Origin: Amoebidium appalachense
Taxonomy: Eukaryota; Protista; Ichthyosporea
Direction: 5' to 3'
NCBI GenBank assembly: GCA_963693365.1
Contig: CAVNZM010000004.1
Location: forward strand, 7,167,093-7,231,092
Length of the DNA stretch: 64,000 nt
Shown: piece after piece, positions 38,554-64,000 of the stretch
How the letters are laid out: every line of letters starts with the position of its first letter
Numbering within the stretch: position 1 is the first letter of the stretch
Made by a program: the position numbers and the translations under genes
The notes under the pieces: generated by a model
Seen by the model: the letters and a program-made list of their open reading frames with translations, nothing else
Told to the model about the DNA's origin: nothing
The model's database searches: none

Positions 38554-40807
38554 TTGAGCTATTTTTATGCTGCGCACGTTCAACGTGCTATTTCTGCCCT
38601 AAAACCCAAAAAGGCATGTGGTCCGGATGCTCTTCCACCCGCCCTTCTTAAGGCATTGTGCCCTCCGCCCGTTATTACCAAAGGCGGGAATACGCCTCCT
38701 CCTCCACCGTTTGCATATTTGGTGAGCGAGTTCTTCTCCGCCTTTTATGAGTTGGGCTTCATTCCTTCGTCGTGGAATGACATTCTTGTTAATCCAGTCC
38801 ACAAGAAGGTCTCTACTAGTCCGATTTCTTCTTTTCGGTCGGTCACCTTAACCAACATATTTCGTCGCCTATTCGAGTCCTGCATATTGCGCGCCTTCCA
38901 CAAGCATGAGACCTTATCCAATGTATTTCGATTAAGCAACATTCAGGGCGGGTTTCGGCATGCTTATTCGTGCTATACTCATGCTCTTCTTTTACACGAC
39001 ACTATCCGTTCGGGATGTCGCGAGGTTTGCTTCATCGACCTTAAGAATGCCTACGACACGGCTCCGACGAATTTGCTTTGGCATAAGTTGGCGACTCGAG
39101 GGCTCCCACTTCCCTTTGGTCAACTACTTCAGGCGTTAATTGACCGCACCCATGGGGCTGCAGTTGTGAATGGGGTACTGAGTAACGGATTCAGTCGTAC
39201 ACGAGGCCTTTTACAGGGCTCACTTTTGAGTCCCCTCCTTTTTGATGTCTTTATCGACGACTTAGCGGTAGAAATTCAACGATTTCCCGTTGCAGGCGAC
39301 TCTTGTGTTTCCGGCCTTTTTTTCGCTGATAATATTGTTTTAGTCACTCATGATCCTTCTATTATGACTACCATGCTTTCTCGAGTAGATGATTGGTGTT
39401 TCCGAACTTTCATGAAAATTGGGATAGATAAATGCGGCACCTTTTCTCCCCATGCACACTACACTTTGAACAATCAACCTATCCCAGTTGTGTCCTCTTT
39501 GTAAACAACTGTACACATGAACTGTACATGTTTACTAAAGAATGTGATCTACTAGCACACGATTCGTGCTTTGTCATGAATATCACATAAATATTATGTC
39601 CGCACCAATAGGACTCACTCTGACCTAAGAATTGAACCATATATGGTTCTTCCGCTGCATACCACATAAACGAAGTGAACCAATAAGAGGTTTGCATAAA
39701 TAGGACAAAGGTCTGACTGGCTCGGACCGCACCAGAATCACGAATGGCATGTTGCCACCCGCGCTGGCCGCGGATGAACCAATCCTGGGCCTTGATCCGA
39801 AACCTGGGGGCTATATAAGAAAGCCGTCCCAGTACGGGGATCACATCAGTGAAGTCTGAGACAGACTGAGTCGGCCCATAGTAAAAGCAACCTGGCCGCG
39901 TGTGCCTTTCTACCCGTTCTCTGTCTTTATTTTGATTCAGTTGTACTCTGCCTTATCCTAACTAGTCCAACTGTTTACACTCTTATGACTATTTAGGTAT
40001 TCCTTTCACCATTAAGGGTATTTGCTTTGAGCGCCTTTTGACTTCGCGCATTTCCCGTGCGCGTAGTCGTTTACACATCTATCAATGAGTGTTTTTGGTC
40101 TCCCTCCGGCGAGTCAGCGTATGAATGAGTTAGGCCTTCGCTTTTGTTTTCATTTGGTTAGGCTTCCTTCTTATCATCCATTGTTGCAATTCTTTCCTTC
40201 TTTAGACCCTGTTCCCATTTCTAATGTTCTTGCGAAATGTCCTGTACCCAATCTATCTCCCATTCAGAGATATCCTTTTAAATATTTGTCTCCTTTATTT
40301 TTCTCTTCCCCTATTTATCAGCAGTAATTTACTTGGTTTCATACTCAATATCCTTTGCTTCATCGTTGTGATAAAGAGTATCATGGTAGGACTCTTGAGC
40401 CTGTGCTTCTTTTTATATTAGAGACTCGTCTATTTCTCTACACTCGTTATGTAAATTGGCTACTTATATTCATCCTTCCTCTCGTAAACCTACCACCTTT
40501 GCCGATTTTGCCATTCTAACCCCTTCGTGTGATATTGCTTGGAAATGTTTATTTTGGCGTTGCAACCTTAGTTACCATAAATGTTTGTGTCACTTTGTGT
40601 CACTTTTGTGCAGAACCTTTTTCTCGCAAACATCTAGATAAATGCATTTATTTATCTCAGATTCTTCCGTTAGAAATTCGAAGACTAGCTTATTTAGATA
40701 ATCCTGATATTACTTCTATTGACTATCTGTTAAACCACCGTATGTTTAACGAGTTTTCTAGGGTGTGTGATTATTTGAGTCGTTATCTCCTCCGTATCCG
40801 TGGGTAG
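38554..40807 (+). mobile_element. Decayed non-LTR retrotransposon (LINE) reverse-transcriptase ORF, interrupted by a solo LTR
   Basis: RT motifs KKACGPD, W....V.PVHK, FRSVTL, QGGFR, FIDLKNAYD, GLLQGSLLSPLLF and FADN (catalytic YADD/FADD degenerate). The frame resumes after the insertion with YDYLGIPF; a Cys/His motif CHFC...HLDKC lies near the end; stops and frameshifts occur downstream. Confidence 0.9.
39500..39979 (+). mobile_element. Solo LTR, 480 bp
   Basis: Termini TGTAAACA...TGTTTACA (TG..CA, 8-bp inverted repeat); 5-bp TSD CTCTT at 39495-39499 and 39980-39984; internal CCAAT (39779) and TATATAA (39812). Excision restores the RT frame VVSS-YDYLG. Confidence 0.88.
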
Positions 40808-41389
40808 GGGTTTTTGTATTTTCTTCTCTGAGATATCTGTGATATCTCCGGCTTGCTTCTCTTTCATGAGCATATCAATAAAGTCGAATTTCAAACCTAC
40901 ACCGTGATTCTGCTGGAAGCTCATATGCATCGATCCTTTGGCTCCCACATGCAAGGCACTGCTCGCGGTCATGTACACCGCACAAGCTTATTATCAACAC
41001 TGGCATTTACCTCAATGTGCACGTGCAAGTATAATCTCAAGGGGAAAAGGGGGAGGGGGGGGGGGAGGGGGGGAGGTTTAAAAGGTGCTACATCCAAATA
41101 GTATTGCCTGGACATATACCTTGTGCAATGGAAACGTAGAGAACACATCACCGAAATTGTAAGGTAGCTAAACCAGGTACAACGGCTTCTTGGTGAAATG
41201 AAATAAACAGAACAAAAAAGACGAGAAAGGAACGAGATAAAAAGACACACACACTAACGGATGTGTGTGTGTTTGGGCAACTGTGTGCGTGTGTCTGTGT
41301 AATGTCCAAACATACCTTATTGCTTACTAGCCTCAAACCCTATGTACAAACACATACGCCCATAAACCTACCCCCCCCCCCCCCCTCTC

Positions 41390-41439
<50 letters not shown>

Positions 41440-41672
41440 TTCCCTGTCCGCCTGTCCGCAGGCCTTGCCAACCGATCAACCACCCACCTAAACCCAAAAT
41501 CGAAACGAGAAAGAAAACGAGAAAAACCCATAGTGCTTCTGGCCTAGCCAAAGAGTCAGAATATGTAGCCTCCGCCGTAGTTAAATCGTTGAAAACAAAT
41601 AAACATAGCCTCTCCCACTAGTTGAGTCTAAAACTCATGGACCAATGTGATGTGTAATTATAGCCCTCCCAG

Positions 41673-46922
<5,250 letters not shown>

Positions 46923-48514
46923 TTTCAAGGATGAACGAAAGAACGATGTGTAAAAGAATAAAGAGCGAGAGGAGCGCTCTCAAGAAGAAAGAATTTAAGA
47001 GGGAAGTGGGTTAGACGTGTGGATGCGAAGAAGATAAAACTAACCATCGAGGCCGGAAAGAAAAAGCCGACAAAAAGTGAGTAGTAACTCCACCTGAAAA
47101 TATTCTGTGGAAGAACGGAAAGGTGAAGAAACTGAAGTTGTCAGAAGTGCGTGTCCACTAAAGGGCTTACTGATGGCAGGATCGGTGTTTCCTGCAGCCT
47201 CCTAGGTATCAAAGATAAGGCGGAAAACGTTACAAGACTCCTGTTGTGTTTCAGTGGCTGAAGGTGCGTAAACATGCGTGTGCACGTCCCCTTGTATACG
47301 TATAACACCCTCTCCCCCCAGCTGAACCTGTTACTTCCTAGAGGTGAGCACCCGAGTGAAAAGCTTTTGAAAAGGGAGCCTAAATAGAGCTGCACAGACA
47401 CTTCGCGCTTGACCTTTCACTCAAAAAAAGCTTCCTGCTATCACACATATGCTACTTTACTTTTATCCCCCTCACAATGACTACCACGAAAACTCAACAT
47501 CACAGGAACATCTTTCTTGTCCCGACGTCAAACTTGTCTGTGTCCGTTTTTTTGACGCGTCACGTAACCAGTGGCTCGTACATTTATCGCCTTTTTGCAC
47601 ATTTTGCAACGATCGCAAGCTCAGTCGATTTTGATCAACCCTATGCTCAACAGTCGATGTCACAAGATATAAACTGAACAACCCTCTGAAATTGTAATGG
47701 TTGTCGCGCGACATCATAGTACTATTAATATCTTTAAAAGTACTAAAAGTATCTAGTGGGCATCGCTGCATTTGTACAGCCGTGAAAAATATATGATTTG
47801 GAGATTCAAGAATGCGGCAGGGCTCCTGCCACTCACAAGTTCCGAATCCATAAATTCCTCCGAAGGGCCAAAGAGTTTTTATATATAGTAACAGCCACCC
47901 AATAGAGCTCTATAAATAGCTACACCGCCGTCCATCTGGCCTCGCATCGTCATCTAAGTTTAAGTAGATTAGAGATCATAACCCAATCAAAATGCACATT
48001 CTGGATCTTGGCGCGGCCCAATCATATGTCTAGATCTGCGGCCGAGTCGGCGAGACACCTCTGAACTCGAGCTCTGCAGCAAAATCATGTGCACTGGCAC
48101 GTGTTCAAGTACCGTGTATACATGTGCACGCACGCACTTGGGTATCCTTTGACACACAAATGACAAACTTGCCCGTACACTTACACCACCGCAACTGCGG
48201 AACGAGAAATTTTTTTACAACGATATGCAAACATTATTATGGTACTTCGTGTTCGTAGCACATATTTCAACGGCAACTATTACCTCCACATATACATGTG
48301 TGTGCGTTTTGTCAGCGCGTGACGGTGTGCGTGTTTGTGTATTTGTTTGGATGTGAGGCTACTTTGTGTGCAAAACCACGCATATATTACAACGGTGTGT
48401 GTGTGTGTGTGTACAATGTTAGTGCGAAACTATGCCTACAGAGGCGTTGCGCAAGCTTTAACAAGGCGGCCGTCAGCTGGTCTGGGCCCTGGGGCCCGGG
48501 GGAGAGGGGGGGAG

Positions 48515-48565
<51 letters not shown>

Positions 48566-49384
48566 ATTTAACAGAAAGGCCGTTAAAATATATGTTCAGG
48601 TTTCCCCCTAATGGCTGCGGATAGGTTGGGAGATGGTATAGGAGAAGGGGGAGAGGGGGGGGGGGGAGGGGGGGGGGGGGGGGGGGGGATGATGGTAAGC
48701 GACGAAATCCGTCACAGTGGTGCCGAAAATCGCAACGTCACTAGTACAGTAGTACAACAATGACCCAGTAGCACCGAAAGGACGGCAGTATGGAGCATTC
48801 ATTTATCATAGGTTCTAACATGTTGCATTTCTTATGCCAAACCAGGGCTCTTGAAGCACAACGGTTACCGTAGGGGCAGAGGGATGTGGTTGGCCCGTGG
48901 CCTCCATAGGCGGGTTTTCAGGTGTGTGTGTGTGTGTGTGTGGTGGTGGGGGGGGGGGGGGTCTTTGATTTCATCTGACGGGCCCTTGTTTGCCGAGTAG
49001 TGTGCAAATGAGGCATTTTTAATATTTGGGCCCTTGGCCCGGGCCACGTTTTTAGTTTTGCTGCCGCCTTGGAAAACGGAAAAGGGAAAGACACAGAGAG
49101 GTCGGAACACAGAGGACTACGAATGCTCAATATCATAAATTATGCATCAAACTGAAAACCGTAACCTAAAAGATCTAAATATGTGGGAACCCCTTTACAG
49201 TAACCTGAAAACCTAAACATTTTCTCGAGCATCACGGTAACCTAAAAGCCCAAACATTTACGTTGGTACTGGACACCAAAAACCTAAAAGTGTGCGCCCA
49301 GAAACATAAAACCGTATCTCAAAAAAAAAAAAAAAAAAAAAAAAATAACGCGCTGACGCCACAAGATAAAAGTCTAAACAAAGG

Positions 49385-49423
<39 letters not shown>

Positions 49424-49438
49424 TCGTAACCTAATAAC

Positions 49439-58238
<8,800 letters not shown>

Positions 58239-60931
58239 TGATTATAGTATCTTTGTTGTTCCTGTCATTGTTATAATTCTGAGAGGCCTTGAGAGAACTA
58301 CTGCTCCATGGTTTTGCTGTTTACACAGCTGGGAGACTGGGGGCAAACAAGCGACCAGATTATGTTTATACACTATTTAAGTTTATCAACATCATGCTAT
58401 GTACTAGTCAGCAAATGGTGGTTTTTTTTTTTTTGGGAGGGGCCGTCATCGGATAATAACTACTAGTAACTAGAGCCACTCAGTTTAATATTATTTGTCA
58501 GACGTGCTACGGTTTAGTTTAGATGAAAGTTTCAATAGTATGTCCTGAGCTGCAGCCAGACATTATTCAAAATATTTACCTAGAGGGCTAAGTTAGACTC
58601 ACAAAACAAAGTGTAGCCTCGCTACCACAGGACTAAAAAAAAAATCATACAGTATTTGAATATTAGTACTGTAACATGCTATGTTAGCCCTTAGCCCTAA
58701 GTTAGTTATTACCAGACTCTCACAGCTGGTTCTCGATTTCAAGTTGGCTCCAGCAGCTGCAGCAAAAGGTGCGCACGAATATGGAATAAACGGAGCTCCT
58801 GTAACGACTATCGAATATAGGGTCGGGCGGCTCGGGCCCGGGCAGCGTGGAAATATGCATCGTGGCATGATGGGCAGCCTGTCAGCATGCCGAGACTTGC
58901 TATCCGTTTTTCCTAGGTTTTTTGTGATGAACGGTCACGGTGTACGTGTGTGCAGTATGTACATGTACATACGGCAAGTGAGTAATCATCATAGTGATAA
59001 TAAGAAGGATCGGATGTTGTCAATTAATACAGTAGTTCTCCAAGAAGGTTCGAACGCCAACTCTTAACGCGGCCTTCGCTTCTAATAGTCATGTGTATAT
59101 AGATTGCAGTGTGTCAGATGTGGCAGGTCAAAAAATATTGGTTGCGCATGCGTTTGTTGCTATAGATCAGAGGTCATCGTTTAGGCACATGCACGCCACG
59201 TGCCCTTCCAAGCCACAGGGTATATGGCTATTGGGCACATCATATACATTTATTTAGTTGTCTTATTAGTCCGGATCCATGCATGCGCGCGCATATGTGC
59301 TGTTGTGTCTACACTATTAATACTGCACGTACACGTAGGGGCTCCCTATCGCGTATCCACACGTGCATTGCACTGGCAAAGTTGCTAATGCGTAGCATGT
59401 GCATATGTGTACATTAATAATACTCGTCGGATATCCTGCTGTCATCAATTAGGGCAGCTGGTCAGATGCGTGGCACAGGAGCGGTCGAATACAAGGAGCA
59501 TGATGCGTACGTTAGATACATAAAAGACGGAACATGTACATACACATACACGCATGCGCACCATGGTTTGGTCGGTACATCTGTTGCTACTGTATGCTCG
59601 CTCTGGGTGCCGGTTCTGCCAATCAGATCGTTTATTATTCTGATTTGATTATAATGCATCCATGTTATCTATATAAAGCTATGCTACCTGTAATGTGATT
59701 CGTTATAATTGATAAAACGCTCTGATTGGATAAGGTAGCACCACGTTTTGAAAAATTTTAAGTTGCCAAGTACGACAGGCGAATCAGGTGGTGCCAGGTG
59801 GCCTTTGGGCACATAACTTGCAAAGTTTTGAGAAAATGTTAGATCCTATTTCTCAATGGTTCATAACCAAAGCAAACTGGTTCTTATGTCGATCAAATGG
59901 CCGAGCTACTGAAAATAACAGGGGGCAAAAAAAAACAAAAAAAACAAAACAAAACATTTCTACTGTGATAGGTTTGAGTCTATTGTGGCCATGTGCAGAT
60001 TCTCAGAAACACCCCCCGTACTTCTGCCTAAGCAGGATGGCATTACGCACGTACATGTCATGACGGCCATAGTTCATTAAATTGTTTGCACACGTTAATT
60101 ATTGTTGAATGAGCTCGAGGCTTGTGGTGCACGTGGGAAGCCCAATGCGTTGTCATGTGCCGTAGTAGCCCGCACCGGTAGTGTGTGTATTATACACGTA
60201 CGTATACTGCGCGCGGTATGGCACGTACGCACACATGTTATGGGCTCTTTATAATTTCTGATAGCCGTACATACACTCAGTTCAGGTATCAGCGAGGCCT
60301 TATTGCGATACGACATAACGGGCATTGAGATACTGGGGCAAGGGAATTTCTAATTAGGCACATGTGAAAGAGTCGATGTCCCTCACATCGATATCCGGTG
60401 TAGTTTTACTTTTTGTTGTACCGAGCCCTTTCTAAGACTAAAGTGGTTCAAAAAGAAGAACTTCTATAGCTATTAGATATAAAGTGGAGCTGGGGACAAG
60501 GGAAAATCGAGCTTCACAACAGCTGCTGCTACTATCCGAAACCGAGTCTTCTCATGAATGCTAAATAAAGCATAGTCCAGGTTGAGCGAATTTTTTTTTT
60601 TATTTTTTTTTTTTTTTTTTTAAACGAAGTCATTCCAAAGATAAGACTCTAACACCCACACCTTAGAGTCAGTGAACCCTTATTTTATTATTTTAATTGC
60701 TAAGAAATATTGTTTAAGTGCTGCATGGCATAAATGCCGGTAAGGTAATTACATAGTACGGTGTCTACTGGGTAAACCTATGCCTCTCTGACCCAAATGA
60801 TGCTTCCAGCCTAACTCAAAGGTTACACAACGTCAGTGCCTTAGCTTTCCCTGTGTTAGGCGGCCGTCACAGCTGCATGTAAGGAATCGCAACACTAGAG
60901 TATATGATCAAGCTCAAAACTGGTCGGCAAA

Positions 60932-62214
60932 ATGGGATTTATTAGCCTCTACCTACTCGTTTCATCCGCTCTCGGGGTGTTGTCCCAGAGCACCAACAAC
61001 CCCTACTACGAGCTATTGATCCGCTATCCTTTCAATCGCGACATGTATAGGAAGGGCTGGCTTACAGATCATATCCCAAACGTCCTTGACTGGAAGAAAC
61101 ACGGGGATTATTTGTGCAAAATACAACCGGGATGTTGCAACAGCACAACCTTCAACGTGACTGCGTTCGACAGGGAGAATCGGGCTTTGGGAACTGCTCA
61201 ATCCGTTTCCGATTACGATCAATCAGCGATGCGCTACGAAATTTCACTGGTGTCAAACGGGACGCAAACCAAAAATGCGACGATCCCCATAGAGAAAAAT
61301 CGGTTTATTGTTTGGAACCCGTATACGGGGCCTTATGGGTGTGCGTTTCGGTCGGAAGTGGTTAAGTCTCTGATGCATTTTGTGTGCTCGAGTTATTTGG
61401 GAGGAAATAGTGTGGTTGCTGAGATGACAAATGTGGGGAGGAAAAAAACACAAAACCCGGAGGAGTTTAAGGCGACGCCCGATAAGGAAAAACCTGACGT
61501 CATCATTGTGTAAGTGTTGATATACATGTATGACCACTGAATGGTTCGTTCCATTCATGTGTCTTGGGTCCTATCTCATCAAATTTCAATCATAAGATTC
61601 TTAATTCATTAAACTTTTCTCTCTCTCTCTCTCCCTTGTGCGGTTGTGTTTTAAGGCTTTATATGTTTTCACGTAAAGTGTCTGTCACGGTGCGTTTGTG
61701 AAGCTATCATTTTTTTATTTTTTTTCGTGCATGTTGGTGGTTGCACGTCCTTGCCTACCAATTTTTGAGCAGTAACCGGACCCGGGCATGTACACGTGGG
61801 TTTCTCTTCCCGCTTCCTCCCCCCCCCCCCCCTCCCCCCCCCCCCCCCCCCCCCCCCTCTCCTCCTCTCCCTCCCTCCACCATCCCCCCCACCCCTCTCC
61901 CTCCACCCCCCTCCCCTCCCCTGCTCCTCGCTCCTTTAAGCACCTTGTGTTGTCCGTCCTAGATGTGTGCTTCGTACGATATATTATTGCCTTCTAGACC
62001 CCTTGTTCCCTCCAACCCCCCCACCCCTCCCCACCCCCTCCCACCACTACTAACACCACCAACACCACTATTGGTCAACCCTTACTCTCTTATGAGCCAC
62101 AGTAATGTCCATGATTAGTAACACCTGCCTTCCCCCCCCCCCCCCCCCCCCCCCCCACCACCACCACCCCCCCTCTCCCAACCACCACCACCAAAACGCA
62201 CACACACACACACG

Positions 62215-62245
<31 letters not shown>

Positions 62246-62601
62246 ACACACACATACACACATACACACGCACACAGGAACGGCTTCCACGCTAACACTC
62301 TGTTCCGTCACGGTGTCAGCCAAGATTTGACGTCGTTCTCATCAAAGGCATTTTTCCAATCGGGGGTCGAATTCACATCCGGCGTATTGGACCAGCTGCA
62401 AACCCTCTACACCAATGAAATGGGCCAGTTAGTGGCCGTACCCCTGACAAATCATCCCAGCGTTTTGCTGTGGAACATTACAACCTCCCGCAATTATGGG
62501 TTTGACCTGAGTCCCTCAAACAACGGTATGGCCGGGATGCTTTTTAGTCACTGGGGGGATTTAAAAGCAGCGCTGAAAAACATGACCGAATTGGGTGGTA
62601 C

Positions 62602-62649
<48 letters not shown>

Positions 62650-63398
62650 AAAAAAAGAAGAAGAAGAATAAGAAGAAGAAGGAAACCAAAAACCACCTAT
62701 TATATACATCACACTTTGAGGCCGCTTTCCGGCAAATGATTACAACCTTTCAGCTAAAATGAAATTTGTGGGGTTTTCCTTCATTACCACCCCCCTCCTC
62801 TCCCGTCCCATTCCCTACGAATACAACCACCATTTTCTAATCCACCCATCTTACACCAAACCTGGTCACATACCATATATACAAATGCGATCACAACTGC
62901 TGAGATCGAATTTTTTTTAGGTATGAATATTAGTTATAGGCCAGGTTTTGTAGTACAGAGCCTAGTGACGCTGTTTCCTTTTTATTTGGGGGGGGGGGGG
63001 GGGGGGGGGGAGGAGAGGGGGGGGGCAGGGGATAAACACATGGATGGGGCAAGTTGAGCCCTCCCCCCCCTCACACCTCTTTTTTCCCCCCTCAACCTAC
63101 CAACGGGCTCAGGATATTTCCCACGGATATCATATCCTACCGTTATCTCACCATGACTCCAATACGCAGGGCCCGGGAGGTTCAGCATACTTCCCGGAAC
63201 AGAAGAGCTCCTTATTTTAATGAGTCTTAACGCCCAATCAAGCAACCTTCCGCCTCTTTTTAAACCCAACTTGTGTTTAAAGGGATCCCGCAAGACGGTC
63301 TACGAGCTTGGATTTCGGCACCAAGTGTACAGGGATGGGCTGGCTGAGTTTTGGGATGATATTGTTAAAGCCGGTGCAATGGACTTGGATTCCCTTAG
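60932..63398 (+). CDS. Paralogue of the SBP-GPCR (signal peptide, N-terminal Cys domain, solute-binding domain); continues beyond the window
   Basis: Exons 60932-61509, 62278-62597, 63170-63398. Signal peptide MGFISLYLLVSSALGVLS; RFIVWN...EVVKSLMHFVC...PDVII matches KFVVWN...EIAKSLQQFVC...VDVII of the minus-strand gene; SBP motif GQLVAVP...VLLWN. The 7TM is not visible in this window. Confidence 0.8.
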
Positions 63399-63416
63399 GT
63401 ATCCTTCCCTCCCCCC

Positions 63417-63447
<31 letters not shown>

Positions 63448-64000
63448 AAAAAAAAAGGAAAAGAAAAAAAATCCCCCTCCCCCTCTCCTCCCGCCCCCTC
63501 CCCTCCCCTTTCTTTCCTTTCAACATACGTACACACACACACACACACACACACCACGACCACGACCACCACCACCACCACTACAGCTCTCCTCCTTTTC
63601 CTTAATTCGCGTCCTAGATCATGGGCAACATAAAAATACCCTCTCCTGCATGTAATTTACTCGTGCTGATTGAATTTCGTAACCCTGAGCTATTTGAGCA
63701 TAAAGGCACCGAGGGGACACTTGGCCGCGAGTGCGGGGTTTTATAGGCTATGGGGATTATTTCCCTAAAATCGGAGGGGTAAAAGGAGGAGGAACGGGGG
63801 GGGGGGGGGGGGGGGGGGAGGGGGGGGAGGGGGGGGAGGGGGGGGGGGGGGGGGGGGGGGAAGGGGAATAGGGAGGTGGGAGAAGTATAATATAGTTACC
63901 TAATTTGGTATGTGTTGGATCTCAGACCGAAACCCGTCGGACGTCCGTCTCAGTACGGTGCCTTGCAATTGTAGGATCACTCTTTTGTTAATCATTCCAT

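Noticed and set aside
49150-49380. Degenerate GTAACCTAAAA...CTAAACA repeats downstream of the GPCR stop, resembling telomeric repeats
   Set aside because: Irregular spacing and unit; not a tandem telomere array.

Overview
Intron-rich eukaryotic DNA; a unicellular holozoan such as an ichthyosporean is my inference from gene content and is not proven. Introns and intergenic DNA are packed with (CA)n/(TG)n, (GA)n and poly-G/poly-C tracts, so most of the supplied ORFs are microsatellite artefacts. Supported genes are an intronless claudin/PMP22-like tetraspan protein (+), a 10-exon two-domain phosphoethanolamine N-methyltransferase (+), a 9-exon hnRNP L (-), an intronless Ser/Thr kinase (-) and an orphan low-complexity protein (-). 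A head-to-head pair of paralogous genes carries a bacterial-type sugar solute-binding domain; in the complete (-) copy it is fused to a GABA-B-like class C GPCR 7TM. Mobile DNA comprises a decayed LINE interrupted by a 480-bp solo LTR with a 5-bp TSD, a tRNA-derived SINE-like head, and a ~300-bp dispersed repeat with a conserved, apparently covarying pseudoknot that ends in poly-C. The most interesting signals are the SBP-class C GPCR chimeras, (CA)n tracts replacing the polypyrimidine tract at many splice acceptors next to the CA-binding splicing factor hnRNP L, and the structured repeat. All gene models and alignments were made by eye.
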